DNA from: an uncultured Nitrospiraceae bacterium
GTDB taxonomy: Bacteria > Nitrospirota > Thermodesulfovibrionia > Thermodesulfovibrionales > UBA6898
Direction: 5' to 3'
NCBI GenBank assembly: GCA_963811165.1
Contig: CAWEQH010000008.1
Coordinates: forward strand, 416,001-480,000
Length of the DNA stretch: 64,000 nt
Of the stretch, positions 1 to 10,412 are shown piece by piece. The position numbers were made by a program, and so were the translations under genes. Position 1 is the stretch's first letter, and each line of letters begins with the position of its first letter. The notes beneath the pieces are model-generated. The model was not told the origin of the DNA and did no database searches. It worked only from the letters and a program-made list of their open reading frames with translations.

Positions 1-3000
1 AATTCACCCGCCGAACATGTCATGGCAGTCACGATGGGAAGTCCTGCTGCATTTGGCAGAAGGGGCATATCGTCAGTAGTCAGCACCCCCTGTCCTGAAA
101 GCTGGTACGGCGAGGCATGGCCTATGTAGTTGAAAAATGCCGCCCCGATGCCGAGGTCATTGAAAAGCATGGTTCTTGCGGTGTTGGCAGAGACCTCCGA
201 AAGGTATACCTTTTCCCTTATATAGTTGTAAGGGAAGAGGGCCGCCAGCCCTTCGCTTTCGGCTGTAAAATCCCCTGCCTCGTCGGGGTTGTCGGCAAGC
301 AGGATTATCCGGTTGCCCTTGGTCTTCTCAAAGTTCTTTATGTTGGTTATGGCATTCTGCAACTCCTTGGGCGTCAGCGCCGGCAGTCTCCCTATCGCCA
401 TCTCGGGCAGATGGTTCCCATTTATATCGGCCAGAGAATTGTCGGATGTGGCCAGACCGTATAACGACGGGACCAAAGCCGGAGGGATCAGGTTCCAGCC
501 GAACCCCAGGTTGTCCCTGTAGTCCCATGTGCCCTCTCCGGCCAGGACCACGTATTGCGGCGCTTTCTTCCAGTTGGAATACGCATACGAAAGGAACTTT
601 CTGATGGCGTCCGGGCTTGAAAGACCGAAGTTGAATTCGTTCATAATATCATCGACGTTTATGACCATTGTCTTGAGCCCCTGTGATGTCCTGTAATCCG
701 CAAGGGGTTTGGCGGCTGAGGCCAGTTCCGACGGGGCTATCACGATGTAGTCGGCCGCGTTACTCCTGGCCTGCAGATTCGATGGGTTGACCGCCTCGGC
801 GTTAACGACCTTAGTGACAGCATCTGCCGCTACCGACATATAAAGCGCTCCCGGTGAAACAGGGGTCAGGCTGACCTGCCAGTCGCCGGTAGTGCCGGTA
901 ACAACGGCAGAGGTGTTCAGTTTCGGCAGTTGTTGGTTCGTAATGTCCAAGACAAGTATGTCCGGAGTATCCGAGGTGAACCCTCCGACACTTACGCTTT
1001 TGTTGCCGTCTCCCCTGAAGACCAGCTCATCGCCGTCTGTGTTATATAATCTTTTGTATTGGAGGTCGAAGGAGTCTATGAGATCATAACTCCAGGGGAC
1101 CCCTGCATCGAGCAGACCAGCCACCTCAAGCGTATTATTCCCCTCGACAATCAAAGACTGAGAGAAAGAAGCGGTCAGGGTATAGGCGTCCAGGCCGCTC
1201 CAGAGCCCTTCACCTATCTGATGATCGTTTAGCTTCACCACCACATGATGGTCGGGAGTCATTCCGGTATCCGATCCGCCAAGGAGATGCAGCTGCAGGG
1301 TGGCCATGTCCTGCGTGTCCGCTTTCCCGGTTACCTGGAACGAAAGTTCTTTTGGAAGGTCTGAGTAAGCAGGGCTGAGGTAGATGCCCGTCCAGGCCCA
1401 CAGGTCCGCTTCAGGGTCGGTGAACTGGCCGAGGTTCGGGATTAAGTCCTGTTCGAGGTGCAAGGTGTCCGTGAAGGTCTCATCCCCCGTTACAGCGACA
1501 GGCTTCGGACCGGTCTCGTTGGTCATGGGCGTTCCCTTGCCGCTATCTATCCAGTATATGTTATCACGGGTATACACATTGTCCGTCCCAACGCCGTAGA
1601 AGAAGATGCCGGTGTTGTTCTGTGCAGGCAGATAGGCAACCTGCTTGCCCTGGCTGCTCATGGACAACTGGTTGTTTTTGATCATATCAGAGGCTTTTGC
1701 GTAGCTGATACCCAGCATGGATGAGATATCGTTTGCATCTACGTAATAGAGCCCGTTGTCCGTAATAGGGATCTTTATGCGGATTCCGGTCTGTTTCGTA
1801 TTGGGGTCCTTTACCGATCTTTCGAAAGAGTCCCGTGACTGTAAGCGGGCCTTCTCTGAGACCGACAGTCCACGGGGTTCTCTGGTGTAGTCGGAAGAAG
1901 AGGAGGCGTTTACGCCTGCTGACGTTGCCGCACTGCTCTTGAGTGCCTGAGAGCCGATGGCATTTCCGCCTCCGACCACGATGGAGAAGGGGCCGTATAT
2001 GATTCGATTGCCGCTCTTTTCAACCTCGACAAGCTTGTACTTATAGGATCCGCCAGGTGAAGCATCCCTGTCGATAAGCGTATATGTTCCGCCATTAGGC
2101 GACGTGAGCATCCCCGGCAGCAGGCCCTCTGTCACACTCTGGTATTTACCTGTGGCAGGGTCAAGTCTCTGCAGGTAAAAGCCCAGCGTATTATTCTCCA
2201 GCGTCGTCTCCCACTCCACTACCACCTGGCCGTTAAGCTCATGGGCACTGAAATCAGAAAGAATGGCAAGAGTAGGCGTGATCGTAGTCGTATCCTGCGC
2301 GATATTGTTGTTTGTGTTTGCTTCACTCTGACCGGTGAGGCTTACTATTGCAGTGTTGGTCAAGGTGTAGGGAGCACTCGGCGATACATTGACCGTCAAC
2401 ATGATGGCCGGGTAGCTGCCTCCTGCGGCAAGCGCGTCAATCCTAGTGCAGGTGAGTGTCCCCAGGACACAGCTCCACCCTGTACCGGAGATAGCCGTCG
2501 CGGTGAGACCTAAAGGAAGGGTATCGGTTACTGTTACTGTCCCGGTTGTCGCTCCCCCGCCTATGTTGCTGACCGTGATCGTATACGGTGCGCCGTTTTG
2601 CCCCAGGTGGAAGGCGCCGGTGTGAGTTTTCGATACCGTCAGATCAGGCGACTGGGTTACCGTCGCAGAATCCGTTGCTGTATAACCGCCCGTGGCGTCA
2701 CCGCCGCCGCTTACAGCGACACTGTTGACCAGAGGACTCCCTGCATTTAGCGCCACGTTTACGGTCAACGTTATGGGATTGCCGTTGTTGCCTGCATTTA
2801 TTACAGTATTTGAGGTGCAGGTCACCACTTGCCCGGCAGCACCGCAGGCCCAGCCCGTCCCAGTGCCGGACACATATGTCAAACCTGCCGGCAAGGTGTC
2901 TGTCACCGTTATGGTCCCGGCTGTAGCAGCCGTGCCTATATTCCGGGGCGTAATCGTGTATTGTGCACCGTTTTGCCCCTGGGTGAAGTTGCCGGCATGG

Positions 3001-6000
3001 GTCTTCGTTACCGTCAGGTCCGGCGCTGTTGCCAACACTGTCGTTGGATCTGTTGCCGTATCGTTGGTCGCGTTGGTTTCGCCTCCGCCACTGACGACGA
3101 CAGTGTTGTTGCCGGTAGCTGCGGTTGCTGACAGACTAACGGTCAGCGTAATCGCAGGGTAGCTCGCCCCTGCTGCAAGCGCGTCACTACGCGTGCAGGT
3201 TCGCGTGCCAAGAACGCACGTCCATCCCGGTCCGCTTATGGCTGTTGCTGTGTACTGAGCACTCGGCAGGGTATCGGTTACCGTTACCGTCCCTGTTGTC
3301 GGTGATCCGCCTATGTTGTTAACAATGATCCTATACTGTGCGCCGGTCTGGCTTCGGTAGAAGTTGCCGGTATGGCTCTTCGTAACCGTCAGATCAGGCG
3401 ACTGGGTTACCGTCGTTGGGTCGAAGGCCCTGTCGTTGCTTGTGTAGGTTTGATTACCGCCGCTGATAGTGGCGATGTTAACGAGCGAAGAAGCCGCATT
3501 GGGAGAAACGTTGACGGTCAGCGTGATGGGGTTGCCGGTAGCGCCCGCATTGATGTTGCTGCCAGTTGTACAGGTTACCACTTGGCCGGCAACACCGCAG
3601 GCCCAGCCAGTCCCGGTGCCGGACACATAGGTCAAACCCGCGGGCAGGGTGTCGGTTATCGTTATGTTCGCGGTCGCACTTGCCGTACCTATGTTTCTCG
3701 GCGTGATCGTATACGTCGCGCCATTCTGCCCCTGGGTGAAGTTGCCGGCATGGGTCTTCGTTACCGTCAGGTCAGACGCTGTGACAGATACAGTCGTTGA
3801 ATCTGTTGCCGTATCGTTGCCCACGTTGGTTTCGCCTCCGCCGCTTACGCTGACGTTATTGACCAGTGGAGTCACTGCGCCGGCTGCCACGTTGACAGTC
3901 AGCGTTATGGGATTGCCTGCGCCACCACCTGGTGTTATGACGGCACTCGATGTGCAGGTCACCACCTGCCCGACAGCGCCGCAGCTCCACCCCGTCCCGG
4001 TGCCGGACGCATAGGTAAAGCCGGTCGGCAAGGTATCGGTTACCGTTATCGTCCCGGTTGTCGGTGACCCGCCTATGTTGTTAACAGTGATCGTATACTG
4101 CGCGCCGAGCTGCCCTCTGTAGAAGTTGCCTGTATGGCTCTTCGTAACCGTCAGGTCAGGCGCCGTCGTTACTATCGTCGAATCTGCTGCCGTATCGTTG
4201 TTTGTGTTGTTTTCTCCGCCACCGCTGACACTGACATTGTTGACCAGCGGACTGCCTGCGCCCGCTGCCACGTTGACAGTTAGCGTAATGGGGTTGCCGT
4301 CGCTTCCTGCCGCTATGGATGTGCTCGATGTGCAGGTCACCGCTTGCCCGACAGCCCCGCAGGCCCAGCCTGTCCCGATGCCGGACACATAGGTCAAACC
4401 CGTTGGCAGCGTATCGGTTACCGTTATCGTCCCGGCAGTGGGCAAGGTGCCTTCATTGCTGACCATGATCGTATACTGTGCGCCGCTCTGTCCCTGGAAG
4501 AAGTTGCCGGTGTGGCTCTTCGCTACCGTCAGGTCTGGGCCCACAAATGTAGATGCGCTCGATGTATTATTGGCAGGATTGGCGTCTGTCGAGGTAGTGG
4601 TGATGGCAGAACTTGCCGGTACAATTCCTGAGCCAGGCGCGGTGTAACTGAACCCGATGTTAAAGGCTTCAGAGCTTGCAATGGTAGTCGGAAGTCCGGT
4701 AAAGGTTATCACCCCGGTTGTATTATCGTAACTTGGTGTCACTCCTGTGGGAAGCTGGGTAAAGGTAATCCACAGAGGATAATAACTGCTGCTGCCTATG
4801 GTCGCCGAATAGGTCACCGCAGTTGCTGTAGTTGCTCCATTGTTCGTAAACAAGATATTGCCGGTAACCGTAGACCATGGCGCCGCTATTGATAGAACGC
4901 TTATTGTAGTCATGACATCGGTTGTGCCGATGAAGGTGGTTATAGAATCATTATTATTTGCAGGAACGCCGTCCGTGTCCGTAGTGCCAATATGAGTATT
5001 GACCGTAACTGACCCGCTCGCAGGGGCCGTATAACTGTAAGTCATTGGCGCAGTCGTCGTAGCGCCAAGCACCATCTGTCCTGCCGTAAGTGTTGTAGGC
5101 AACGCGGTGCCGCCAAAGGTTACAACCCCTGTAATATTGTTGTAGCTTGCTGTGGTACCCGTAGGAAGATTGCCGAAAGTTACGGTGCCAAGCCCCGGAG
5201 ACAGTGACATCGCATAGGTTATGCCGTGGGCTGTCCCGGTACCGTTGTTGGCAAAAGCGAAGGTCCCCTGCACAGTGCTTCCTGCAGTCGCAGTGGCTGC
5301 GCCGGTCACCGTGGTTGCCGCATCAACATTTACTGCTATGACTGACAGGGTTTGAACTGAGGGGGTAAAGGAATAATATGTCCAGAGATTGACGGCTTTC
5401 GTATCCCCCCATGCATTATCTGTAACAACACAATCAAGGTTTGAGGCAACGGTGCCGGCATTTACACCCCAGGTGCGGTAGGCGGTCGAAGAATCAATGC
5501 CGCTAAGGTTGTAGGCAGGGTTCGGCTGGGCCGGGGTTGCGTTAGGGCAAAGGATTCCATTGAGAGTACCGACGGCGATTCCACTGTCCAGAACATACCC
5601 GCGGTCGTCATAAAAGACCGTGCTATCAGGAGCACCGGAGCCGTTTAAACGGGTGATATGCGGACCGCCGTAATAATTATTCTCGGCATCGATGATCGGG
5701 AAATGGACCTCGCCGTTACGGCCGGAAACCCGGAAGGGATACGGTCCCCCGGCCGGAAAGTCGACATTGGCATTGTTCCTGCCGTCCCAGGCGACGGTGT
5801 GACTGCCGCTTGCGGCAAGTCCTGTCAATGTACGGTTGTTCACATTCGCAGGGTCAAAATCAATCCCATCGAGACTGATCACAATCTGGTAGGTGATGGT
5901 GTTAGAGGTATCGAATGTAAACGTTCCTCCGGTCCCTAAGTACGAGGTTGACCCGGAGACATTGCCGACAAAATTAATGTTGCTGACTGTCGGCGAAGGC

Positions 6001-7058
6001 GGCGTGAGCGGAATGTTGAGAGCTGAGAGAACCCGGTTGACCTCAGCAGCGTAAGCGCCTGAGTAACTTACGTCGCTGAAAAATAGCGGATATTCTGCCC
6101 TTTGCGTTGTCGCCCCCATAGGCAGGGTAGTTACCAGTGGCTCATTACCGCGCAGGTCTTTATATAGCGGCTGGCCAAAGTCCATAAATCCCAGTGAATT
6201 TGCATATGTGGCATAGCCATTGCCGTCCAGCCCATTGAGGTCCTGCTGGTAACGATAGCCGTCCAAAGTAACATAGTAGACGGAGTAATAGACAGGCCGT
6301 GAGTTGGCGCCGGTAAAACCGATGAAGGCATAGGTAAAGAGTCGCCCGTTAATATCGGCGATGGACGCTGCGGTTGCACGGACAGTGACGTCCCACGCCG
6401 ATACGCCGCAATAGTCGATAGAGGGAGTGCCGATGACGCCGTCAGGGGCATTGCAAGTGCCGGGCACTGCTTCAAATAGCACGCCATAAACGCCGGTAAC
6501 GGGCGCCCGGTAGGCACAAGGCTGAAATCCGCCTCCGCCCGACGCATCAGTAGAATTATCAGCGCTTCTTGGTCCGGCCAGTTCCTGGGCGCGGGTGGCA
6601 ATTAAGCCTGTGGTTCCACCGAAGTAGTGCGGTCCGGGTTGTGTAGAGCCCGCCGAGCAGGTGAAATCGGGTGTCCCCTGATTCGCTGCGTTGTAAATTT
6701 CATCGCCGGAGACGCCGAAGTCCTGAGGGTTATAAACGTTTATGTCACCGCCACTGGACCGGTTTCTTGAGCCGAGCACAATATATTCCCCTTGCTGGGC
6801 ATACACATACAGAAAGCCGCTACGCCTCACCTTCCCTACATAGCGATTAGGCGCGAGGATCGTACCCGGCTCAAGGTCGAGATTCGCCCTGAAACCCCCG
6901 GCAGGATAGCTCGCCGGGTAGAGAGTACGACTCCCTTCAGCATATGCCCGCGCGGTCAGTAAACCAGATATACCTAACAAGATACCAAGCACCAGAAGGG
7001 AGATAGCCCTCAAGCGGCAAGATCGGAAATGCAGAGGCAACCACGCAATCTTTTTCAT
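1..7058 (-). CDS. Giant secreted protein: N-terminal domain, ~8 DUF11/Ig-like repeats and a C-terminal C25 (gingipain-like) cysteine peptidase; 3' end runs off the window
   Basis: Manual translation from ATG 7058: MKKIAWLPLHFRSCRLRAISLLVLGILLGISGLLTARAYAEGSRTLYP. Repeats read PDLTVTKSHTGNF.QGQ.GA.YTIT. The C-terminal part has ADYIVIAP, NEFNFG, APQYVVLAGEGTWDY and FNYIGHAS...VTAMTCSAGE (His codon 117-119, Cys codon 15-17). Frame agrees at spot checks 7058, 1202, 119 and 17. Its absence from the ORF track fits a frame with no stop inside the window. Confidence 0.88.
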   Translation of the reverse strand, partial: MKKIAWLPLHFRSCRLRAISLLVLGILLGISGLLTARAYAEGSRTLYPASYPAGGFRANLDLEPGTILAPNRYVGKVRRSGFLYVYAQQGEYIVLGSRNRSSGGDINVYNPQDFGVSGDEIYNAANQGTPDFTCSAGSTQPGPHYFGGTTGLIATRAQELAGPRSADNSTDASGGGGFQPCAYRAPVTGVYGVLFEAVPGTCNAPDGVIGTPSIDYCGVSAWDVTVRATAASIADINGRLFTYAFIGFTGANSRPVYYSVYYVTLDGYRYQQDLNGLDGNGYATYANSLGFMDFGQPLYKDLRGNEPLVTTLPMGATTQRAEYPLFFSDVSYSGAYAAEVNRVLSALNIPLTPPSPTVSNINFVGNVSGSTSYLGTGGTFTFDTSNTITYQIVISLDGIDFDPANVNNRTLTGLAASGSHTVAWDGRNNANVDFPAGGPYPFRVSGRNGEVHFPIIDAENNYYGGPHITRLNGSGAPDSTVFYDDRGYVLDSGIAVGTLNGILCPNATPAQPNPAYNLSGIDSSTAYRTWGVNAGTVASNLDCVVTDNAWGDTKAVNLWTYYSFTPSVQTLSVIAVNVDAATTVTGAATATAGSTVQGTFAFANNGTGTAHGITYAMSLSPGLGTVTFGNLPTGTTASYNNITGVVTFGGTALPTTLTAGQMVLGATTTAPMTYSYTAPASGSVTVNTHIGTTDTDGVPANNNDSITTFIGTTDVMTTISVLSIAAPWSTVTGNILFTNNGATTATAVTYSATIGSSSYYPLWITFTQLPTGVTPSYDNTTGVITFTGLPTTIASSEAFNIGFSYTAPGSGIVPASSAITTTSTDANPANNTSSASTFVGPDLTVAKSHTGNFFQGQSGAQYTIMVSNEGTLPTAGTITVTDTLPTGLTYVSGIGTGWACGAVGQAVTCTSSTSIAAGSDGNPITLTVNVAAGAGSPLVNNVSVSGGGENNTNNDTAADSTIVTTAPDLTVTKSHTGNFYRGQLGAQYTITVNNIGGSPTTGTITVTDTLPTGFTYASGTGTGWSCGAVGQVVTCTSSAVITPGGGAGNPITLTVNVAAGAVTPLVNNVSVSGGGETNVGNDTATDSTTVSVTASDLTVTKTHAGNFTQGQNGATYTITPRNIGTASATANITITDTLPAGLTYVSGTGTGWACGVAGQVVTCTTGSNINAGATGNPITLTVNVSPNAASSLVNIATISGGNQTYTSNDRAFDPTTVTQSPDLTVTKSHTGNFYRSQTGAQYRIIVNNIGGSPTTGTVTVTDTLPSAQYTATAISGPGWTCVLGTRTCTRSDALAAGASYPAITLTVSLSATAATGNNTVVVSGGGETNATNDTATDPTTVLATAPDLTVTKTHAGNFTQGQNGAQYTITPRNIGTAATAGTITVTDTLPAGLTYVSGTGTGWACGAAGQVVTCTSNTVINAGNNGNPITLTVNVALNAGSPLVNSVAVSGGGDATGGYTATDSATVTQSPDLTVSKTHTGAFHLGQNGAPYTITVSNIGGGATTGTVTVTDTLPLGLTATAISGTGWSCVLGTLTCTRIDALAAGGSYPAIMLTVNVSPSAPYTLTNTAIVSLTGQSEANTNNNIAQDTTTITPTLAILSDFSAHELNGQVVVEWETTLENNTLGFYLQRLDPATGKYQSVTEGLLPGMLTSPNGGTYTLIDRDASPGGSYKYKLVEVEKSGNRIIYGPFSIVVGGGNAIGSQALKSSAATSAGVNASSSSDYTREPRGLSVSEKARLQSRDSFERSVKDPNTKQTGIRIKIPITDNGLYYVDANDISSMLGISYAKASDMIKNNQLSMSSQGKQVAYLPAQNNTGIFFYGVGTDNVYTRDNIYWIDSGKGTPMTNETGPKPVAVTGDETFTDTLHLEQDLIPNLGQFTDPEADLWAWTGIYLSPAYSDLPKELSFQVTGKADTQDMATLQLHLLGGSDTGMTPDHHVVVKLNDHQIGEGLWSGLDAYTLTASFSQSLIVEGNNTLEVAGLLDAGVPWSYDLIDSFDLQYKRLYNTDGDELVFRGDGNKSVSVGGFTSDTPDILVLDITNQQLPKLNTSAVVTGTTGDWQVSLTPVSPGALYMSVAADAVTKVVNAEAVNPSNLQARSNAADYIVIAPSELASAAKPLADYRTSQGLKTMVINVDDIMNEFNFGLSSPDAIRKFLSYAYSNWKKAPQYVVLAGEGTWDYRDNLGFGWNLIPPALVPSLYGLATSDNSLADINGNHLPEMAIGRLPALTPKELQNAITNIKNFEKTKGNRIILLADNPDEAGDFTAESEGLAALFPYNYIREKVYLSEVSANTARTMLFNDLGIGAAFFNYIGHASPYQLSGQGVLTTDDMPLLPNAAGLPIVTAMTCSAGE
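2280..4545 (-). repeat. Six tandem ~375-380 nt DUF11-type domain repeats, with two more divergent units at ~4550-5330
   Basis: Recurring CC(T/A)GA(C/T)CTGACGGT(T/A)ACGAAGA..CA near 4540, 4160, 3780, 3400, 3025 and 2650. The middle units alternate GNFYR.. and GNFTQGQNG types. Confidence 0.85.
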
Positions 7059-7249
7059 ATTCGTTCCCTTATTTATCGGAAAATTATTGAGATTATTATA
7101 ATCGAGCCATATTATTATGTATAGTTTGCGGTTTATGAGGCGGATATTCAATCCTACCCGGGTAGGGGGTGATTATGGAAGAGGGTTCAGGTGGGCGCGG
7201 GGTAATTCCTTCCGGGCTTTTGTTGAAAAATTCACCCGTTGGCGGATAG

Positions 7250-7278
7250 TTGACATGCTCCCTTTTTGGATATATGAT
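7250..7278 (+). promoter_or_regulatory. sigma70-type promoter for the OmpA gene
   Basis: TTGACA (7250-55), 17 nt, TATGAT (7273-78); SD GGAGGG precedes ATG 7310. Confidence 0.6.
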
Positions 7279-7309
7279 TTTTTTAGATCTACTATTTGAA
7301 GGAGGGAGT

Positions 7310-8278
7310 ATGAAAAAAATCGCATTTTTTATCTGTTTTTTCATCTCGGTGTTTGTTTTGCCTGCGATGCTTTATGCGGAAATAAGAGAGGGGAGTTTCG
7401 AGGTTAACCCTTACCTAGGATATTATTTCCCGTCAGGGGACCATGCTGATAAGGGAGCGGCCGGACTCCGCCTGGGGTACAATTTCACGAAGAACTGGGG
7501 CATGGAAGGTGTCTATGACCATCTTAACTCCAAAGCGGAGCTCTTCCATGCAAACGCCATGTATCACTTTATACCTGACGGCGCGTTCAATCCCTTTATC
7601 ACCGCGGGCATTGGAGACGCCTTCATCAAAGACGGCGTAAATAATAAATTTATGGGAGATGTGGGTCTCGGCGTCAAGTATTTCTTTTCCGACAGGATGG
7701 CCGCAAGGTTTGACGTCAGAGAAGTCATGACGCAATTCAGCAGTGTTTTGGCAACGGCAGGTATTACTTTCACCTTCGGGGGAAAGACACCAAAGGCGGT
7801 TCCCCCACCTCCTGAGCCCACTCCCGCGCCTGAGGTAAAGCCTACTCCGCCTCCACCTGCTCCCGAGGTAAAGCCTACTCCGCCTCCACCCGCGCCTGTA
7901 CCGGAGGCTAAAAAAGAGGTGAAGATAATACTTGAGGACATCCATTTTGATTTCGACAAGGCCACACTCACCGATTCGGCGAAAGAAATTCTTGACAGCA
8001 ATGTACGCATGATCAAAGATAATCCCGGCATTCGTGTCCAGATCGAAGGGCATGCCTGCCCGCACGGATCGGAAAAATATAACATGGCCCTGAGCGAAAG
8101 AAGGGCCGAGGCGGTGAAGGAATACCTCGTAAAGGCCGGGATCCAGGCGGATAGGCTTACGACGATAGCCTATGGCAAGACAAGACCTCTTTGCGTCGAG
8201 GAGCCTACACCTAAAAATAAGAACTCCGAGTGTATGAAATCAGACAGGAGGGTCCATTTTGAAGTTATCATTAAGTAA
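7310..8278 (+). CDS. OmpA family outer membrane protein (beta-barrel, Pro-rich linker, OmpA_C peptidoglycan-binding domain)
   Basis: Signal peptide, barrel strands, PAPEVKPTPPP linker repeats, IHFDFDKA and YNMALSERRAEAV motifs. Likely start is ATG 7310, not 7250. Confidence 0.92.
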   Translation: MKKIAFFICFFISVFVLPAMLYAEIREGSFEVNPYLGYYFPSGDHADKGAAGLRLGYNFTKNWGMEGVYDHLNSKAELFHANAMYHFIPDGAFNPFITAGIGDAFIKDGVNNKFMGDVGLGVKYFFSDRMAARFDVREVMTQFSSVLATAGITFTFGGKTPKAVPPPPEPTPAPEVKPTPPPPAPEVKPTPPPPAPVPEAKKEVKIILEDIHFDFDKATLTDSAKEILDSNVRMIKDNPGIRVQIEGHACPHGSEKYNMALSERRAEAVKEYLVKAGIQADRLTTIAYGKTRPLCVEEPTPKNKNSECMKSDRRVHFEVIIK

Positions 8279-8390
8279 AATGGAAATAAGGTCGAAAGAC
8301 GATGTTGCTGATCGAAAGTGGCAAAGATAAACAGACGCGTATATTTTGAAATTTATCGATAAATAGTATTACAATTGACGGTGAGATAGG

Positions 8391-8436
8391 CGAAAGCCCC
8401 CGGCGGTAATCAAGAGCCGGGGGCTTTCGGTCTTTC
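8391..8436 (+). terminator. Perfect 14-bp stem-loop; possible terminator or attenuator
   Basis: CGAAAGCCCCCGGC (8391-8404), 11 nt loop, GCCGGGGGCTTTCG (8416-8429), followed by GTCTTTC. Confidence 0.5.
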
Positions 8437-8455
8437 CGTATCGGAAATAAAAAAA

Positions 8456-10246
8456 ATGACAAAACGATTCTTTCCATCTTTTTTGGTGAAACTCACCGTC
8501 GTTTCAGCCGTCCTTATCGTCCTTTCTTCGTGTGCGGCTCAGAAAGAGGTTGCCCGGCAATCGCCGCCTCCCTCACCGGAGCGCCCGCCTCAGGTGGCGG
8601 CACCGGAGCCTGCGGCCCCTCCTCCCAAGGTGAAGGCCACCTTGCAATGTCTGGAGGATACGAAAAAAGTCTTCAACCGATGCGGCATTGATGTATCGCC
8701 TTTCCTCCGGGCGACTTTTTACGATATCGACGGCGACGGGGTGGAGGAGATGATAGTCGGCGGCAAGGGCGGGACCCTCCGGCTTTATAAGAATTACGGC
8801 ACGAGGGCGGACCCTGACTGGCGGGTCGTGGAAGGTTATTTCAAGGGGATATCTGTGGGCGCCTTTGCGTCTCCTGCCGTGGGCGACATCGATGATGACG
8901 GCAAGCCTGAGGTCATAGTCGGGACCGGCGGTTTCTCTTCGGACTCAGGCCGGGTCCTTTTTTTCAGAAATATCGGGACCGCTGCCGAGCCCCAATGGAT
9001 AAGGGCCGAAGCGCCGGAGATAAGGGTCGGCAACGATGCCGCCCCGACCCTTCTTCAGACGGACAATAACGGAAGGCCGGACCTTGTCGTGGGTAATTCC
9101 GAAGGCAGACTCTTTCTCTTCAGGAACCATGCGAAAGAGGGGAGGATAGTATTGACCAAAGACAATGGTTTTTTCGGCGGGGCGCATCTCGGCATGTATG
9201 CGGCGCCCGCAGCCGCCAGGGCAGGGGGCAGACCGGTCATTATCGCAGGCAACGACCTGGGGAAACTGTATCTCCTTGAGAAGGCCAATGGGAAAAACGG
9301 CGTATGGACAAGGACCCGTCTTAATATCTCGACTCCCGGTTTCGCATCTCCCGCGCTTATGAGGGTACCCGGCGCGGGAGGGCTGGACCTGATGGTATCA
9401 GATGGGGACGGACAGATTTATTATTATAAAAATAAAAGAGGCAACTACAGGGAATGGGAGGCCTCTTCCGGGCCCTTTACCGGCAGGATAGCCCCTGGCC
9501 CCGCGTGCGCGCCAGCAGTGGCGGACAATGGCGACGGAAGGGTCATCACCGTGGGAAATATCCATGGCGAAATAAAACTGTTTATCCAGGATGCCTCAGG
9601 TGCGGCCCTGCCGGTAGAGAGGAAGAATTTTTTCGGCGGCCTTAAACTTACCGGCTTTTCAAAGGGGGTCCTTACCCAGTGGCGGGGAAAGACCCTCCTT
9701 ATCACGGGGCAGCAGGACGGCATGGTGAAGGCATTTCTGAATTCCGGAAGAGAGGGGAAACCGGTATGGACCGAACTGAGACATTTCTTCAGGGGAATTC
9801 CTAAGATGATGCATGCATCTCCAGTCGTATTCGACCTCGAAGGCAGCGGGAAATGGGAACTGGTCGTCGGCGATGCACAGGGGCATGTGCGCGGGTTCCG
9901 CTATGAGGTGGGGCCTGACGATATGCCGCAGTGGGAGGAAATAAAGGGGATTTTTGATGAGGTGAAGGTAGGCGGATATGCGGTCCCTTCTTTTTTCCGG
10001 GAGGCGGACAGGATCTCTTTGCTTGTGGGCGAACAGGATGGAAGGATACGGGTATTCGAAGCCGAAACGGCCGGCAGCACGCTTTCCATGTTTCATAAGG
10101 ACGGTTTTCTCAGGGGCATACGCGTGAAAAACCATAGTTCTCCTTCGGCAATAGCAAGGGGAGGTCTTGTTGAATTGGCGGTCGGCGATTATGACGGCAA
10201 CCTAAAGCATTACTCATGCAATATGGTCTCCGTGGAGATTAAGTAG
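8456..10246 (+). CDS. FG-GAP/VCBS repeat lipoprotein (beta-propeller)
   Basis: Lipobox LSSC; repeated DIDGDGVEEMIVGG, DIDDDGKPEVIVG and SPVVFDLEGSGKWELVVGD motifs. Confidence 0.8.
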   Translation: MTKRFFPSFLVKLTVVSAVLIVLSSCAAQKEVARQSPPPSPERPPQVAAPEPAAPPPKVKATLQCLEDTKKVFNRCGIDVSPFLRATFYDIDGDGVEEMIVGGKGGTLRLYKNYGTRADPDWRVVEGYFKGISVGAFASPAVGDIDDDGKPEVIVGTGGFSSDSGRVLFFRNIGTAAEPQWIRAEAPEIRVGNDAAPTLLQTDNNGRPDLVVGNSEGRLFLFRNHAKEGRIVLTKDNGFFGGAHLGMYAAPAAARAGGRPVIIAGNDLGKLYLLEKANGKNGVWTRTRLNISTPGFASPALMRVPGAGGLDLMVSDGDGQIYYYKNKRGNYREWEASSGPFTGRIAPGPACAPAVADNGDGRVITVGNIHGEIKLFIQDASGAALPVERKNFFGGLKLTGFSKGVLTQWRGKTLLITGQQDGMVKAFLNSGREGKPVWTELRHFFRGIPKMMHASPVVFDLEGSGKWELVVGDAQGHVRGFRYEVGPDDMPQWEEIKGIFDEVKVGGYAVPSFFREADRISLLVGEQDGRIRVFEAETAGSTLSMFHKDGFLRGIRVKNHSSPSAIARGGLVELAVGDYDGNLKHYSCNMVSVEIK

Positions 10247-10273
10247 ACTTAATCCATTACTCCCCTTTTAGAA

Positions 10274-10325
10274 AATCATAGCTCCCCTTACCCCCCCCTA
10301 AATCTTAAGAGGGGGAGAGGCGCCA
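10274..10325 (+). repeat. Dispersed palindromic repeat, family B, copy 1 (AATCATA.CTCCCC...CTTAAGAGGGGGAGAGG)
   Basis: Closely matches 40121-40172 and the reverse complement of 34550-34610. Confidence 0.75.
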
Positions 10326-10412
10326 CTGCGTTCCTCATCGGTGATATAATTAAATAGATTCGTAACTCTTAATATGATTACATAAATAGCGGTTGGAGAA
10401 AGTGGAATAAAA

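Noticed and set aside
117..6601. Numerous short ORFs in the track across 117-6601
   Set aside because: They are antisense or off-frame shadows of the single giant minus-strand gene.
7153..7166. Perfect palindrome CCTACCCGGGTAGG in the divergent promoter region
   Set aside because: Single occurrence and no regulator can be assigned from sequence alone.
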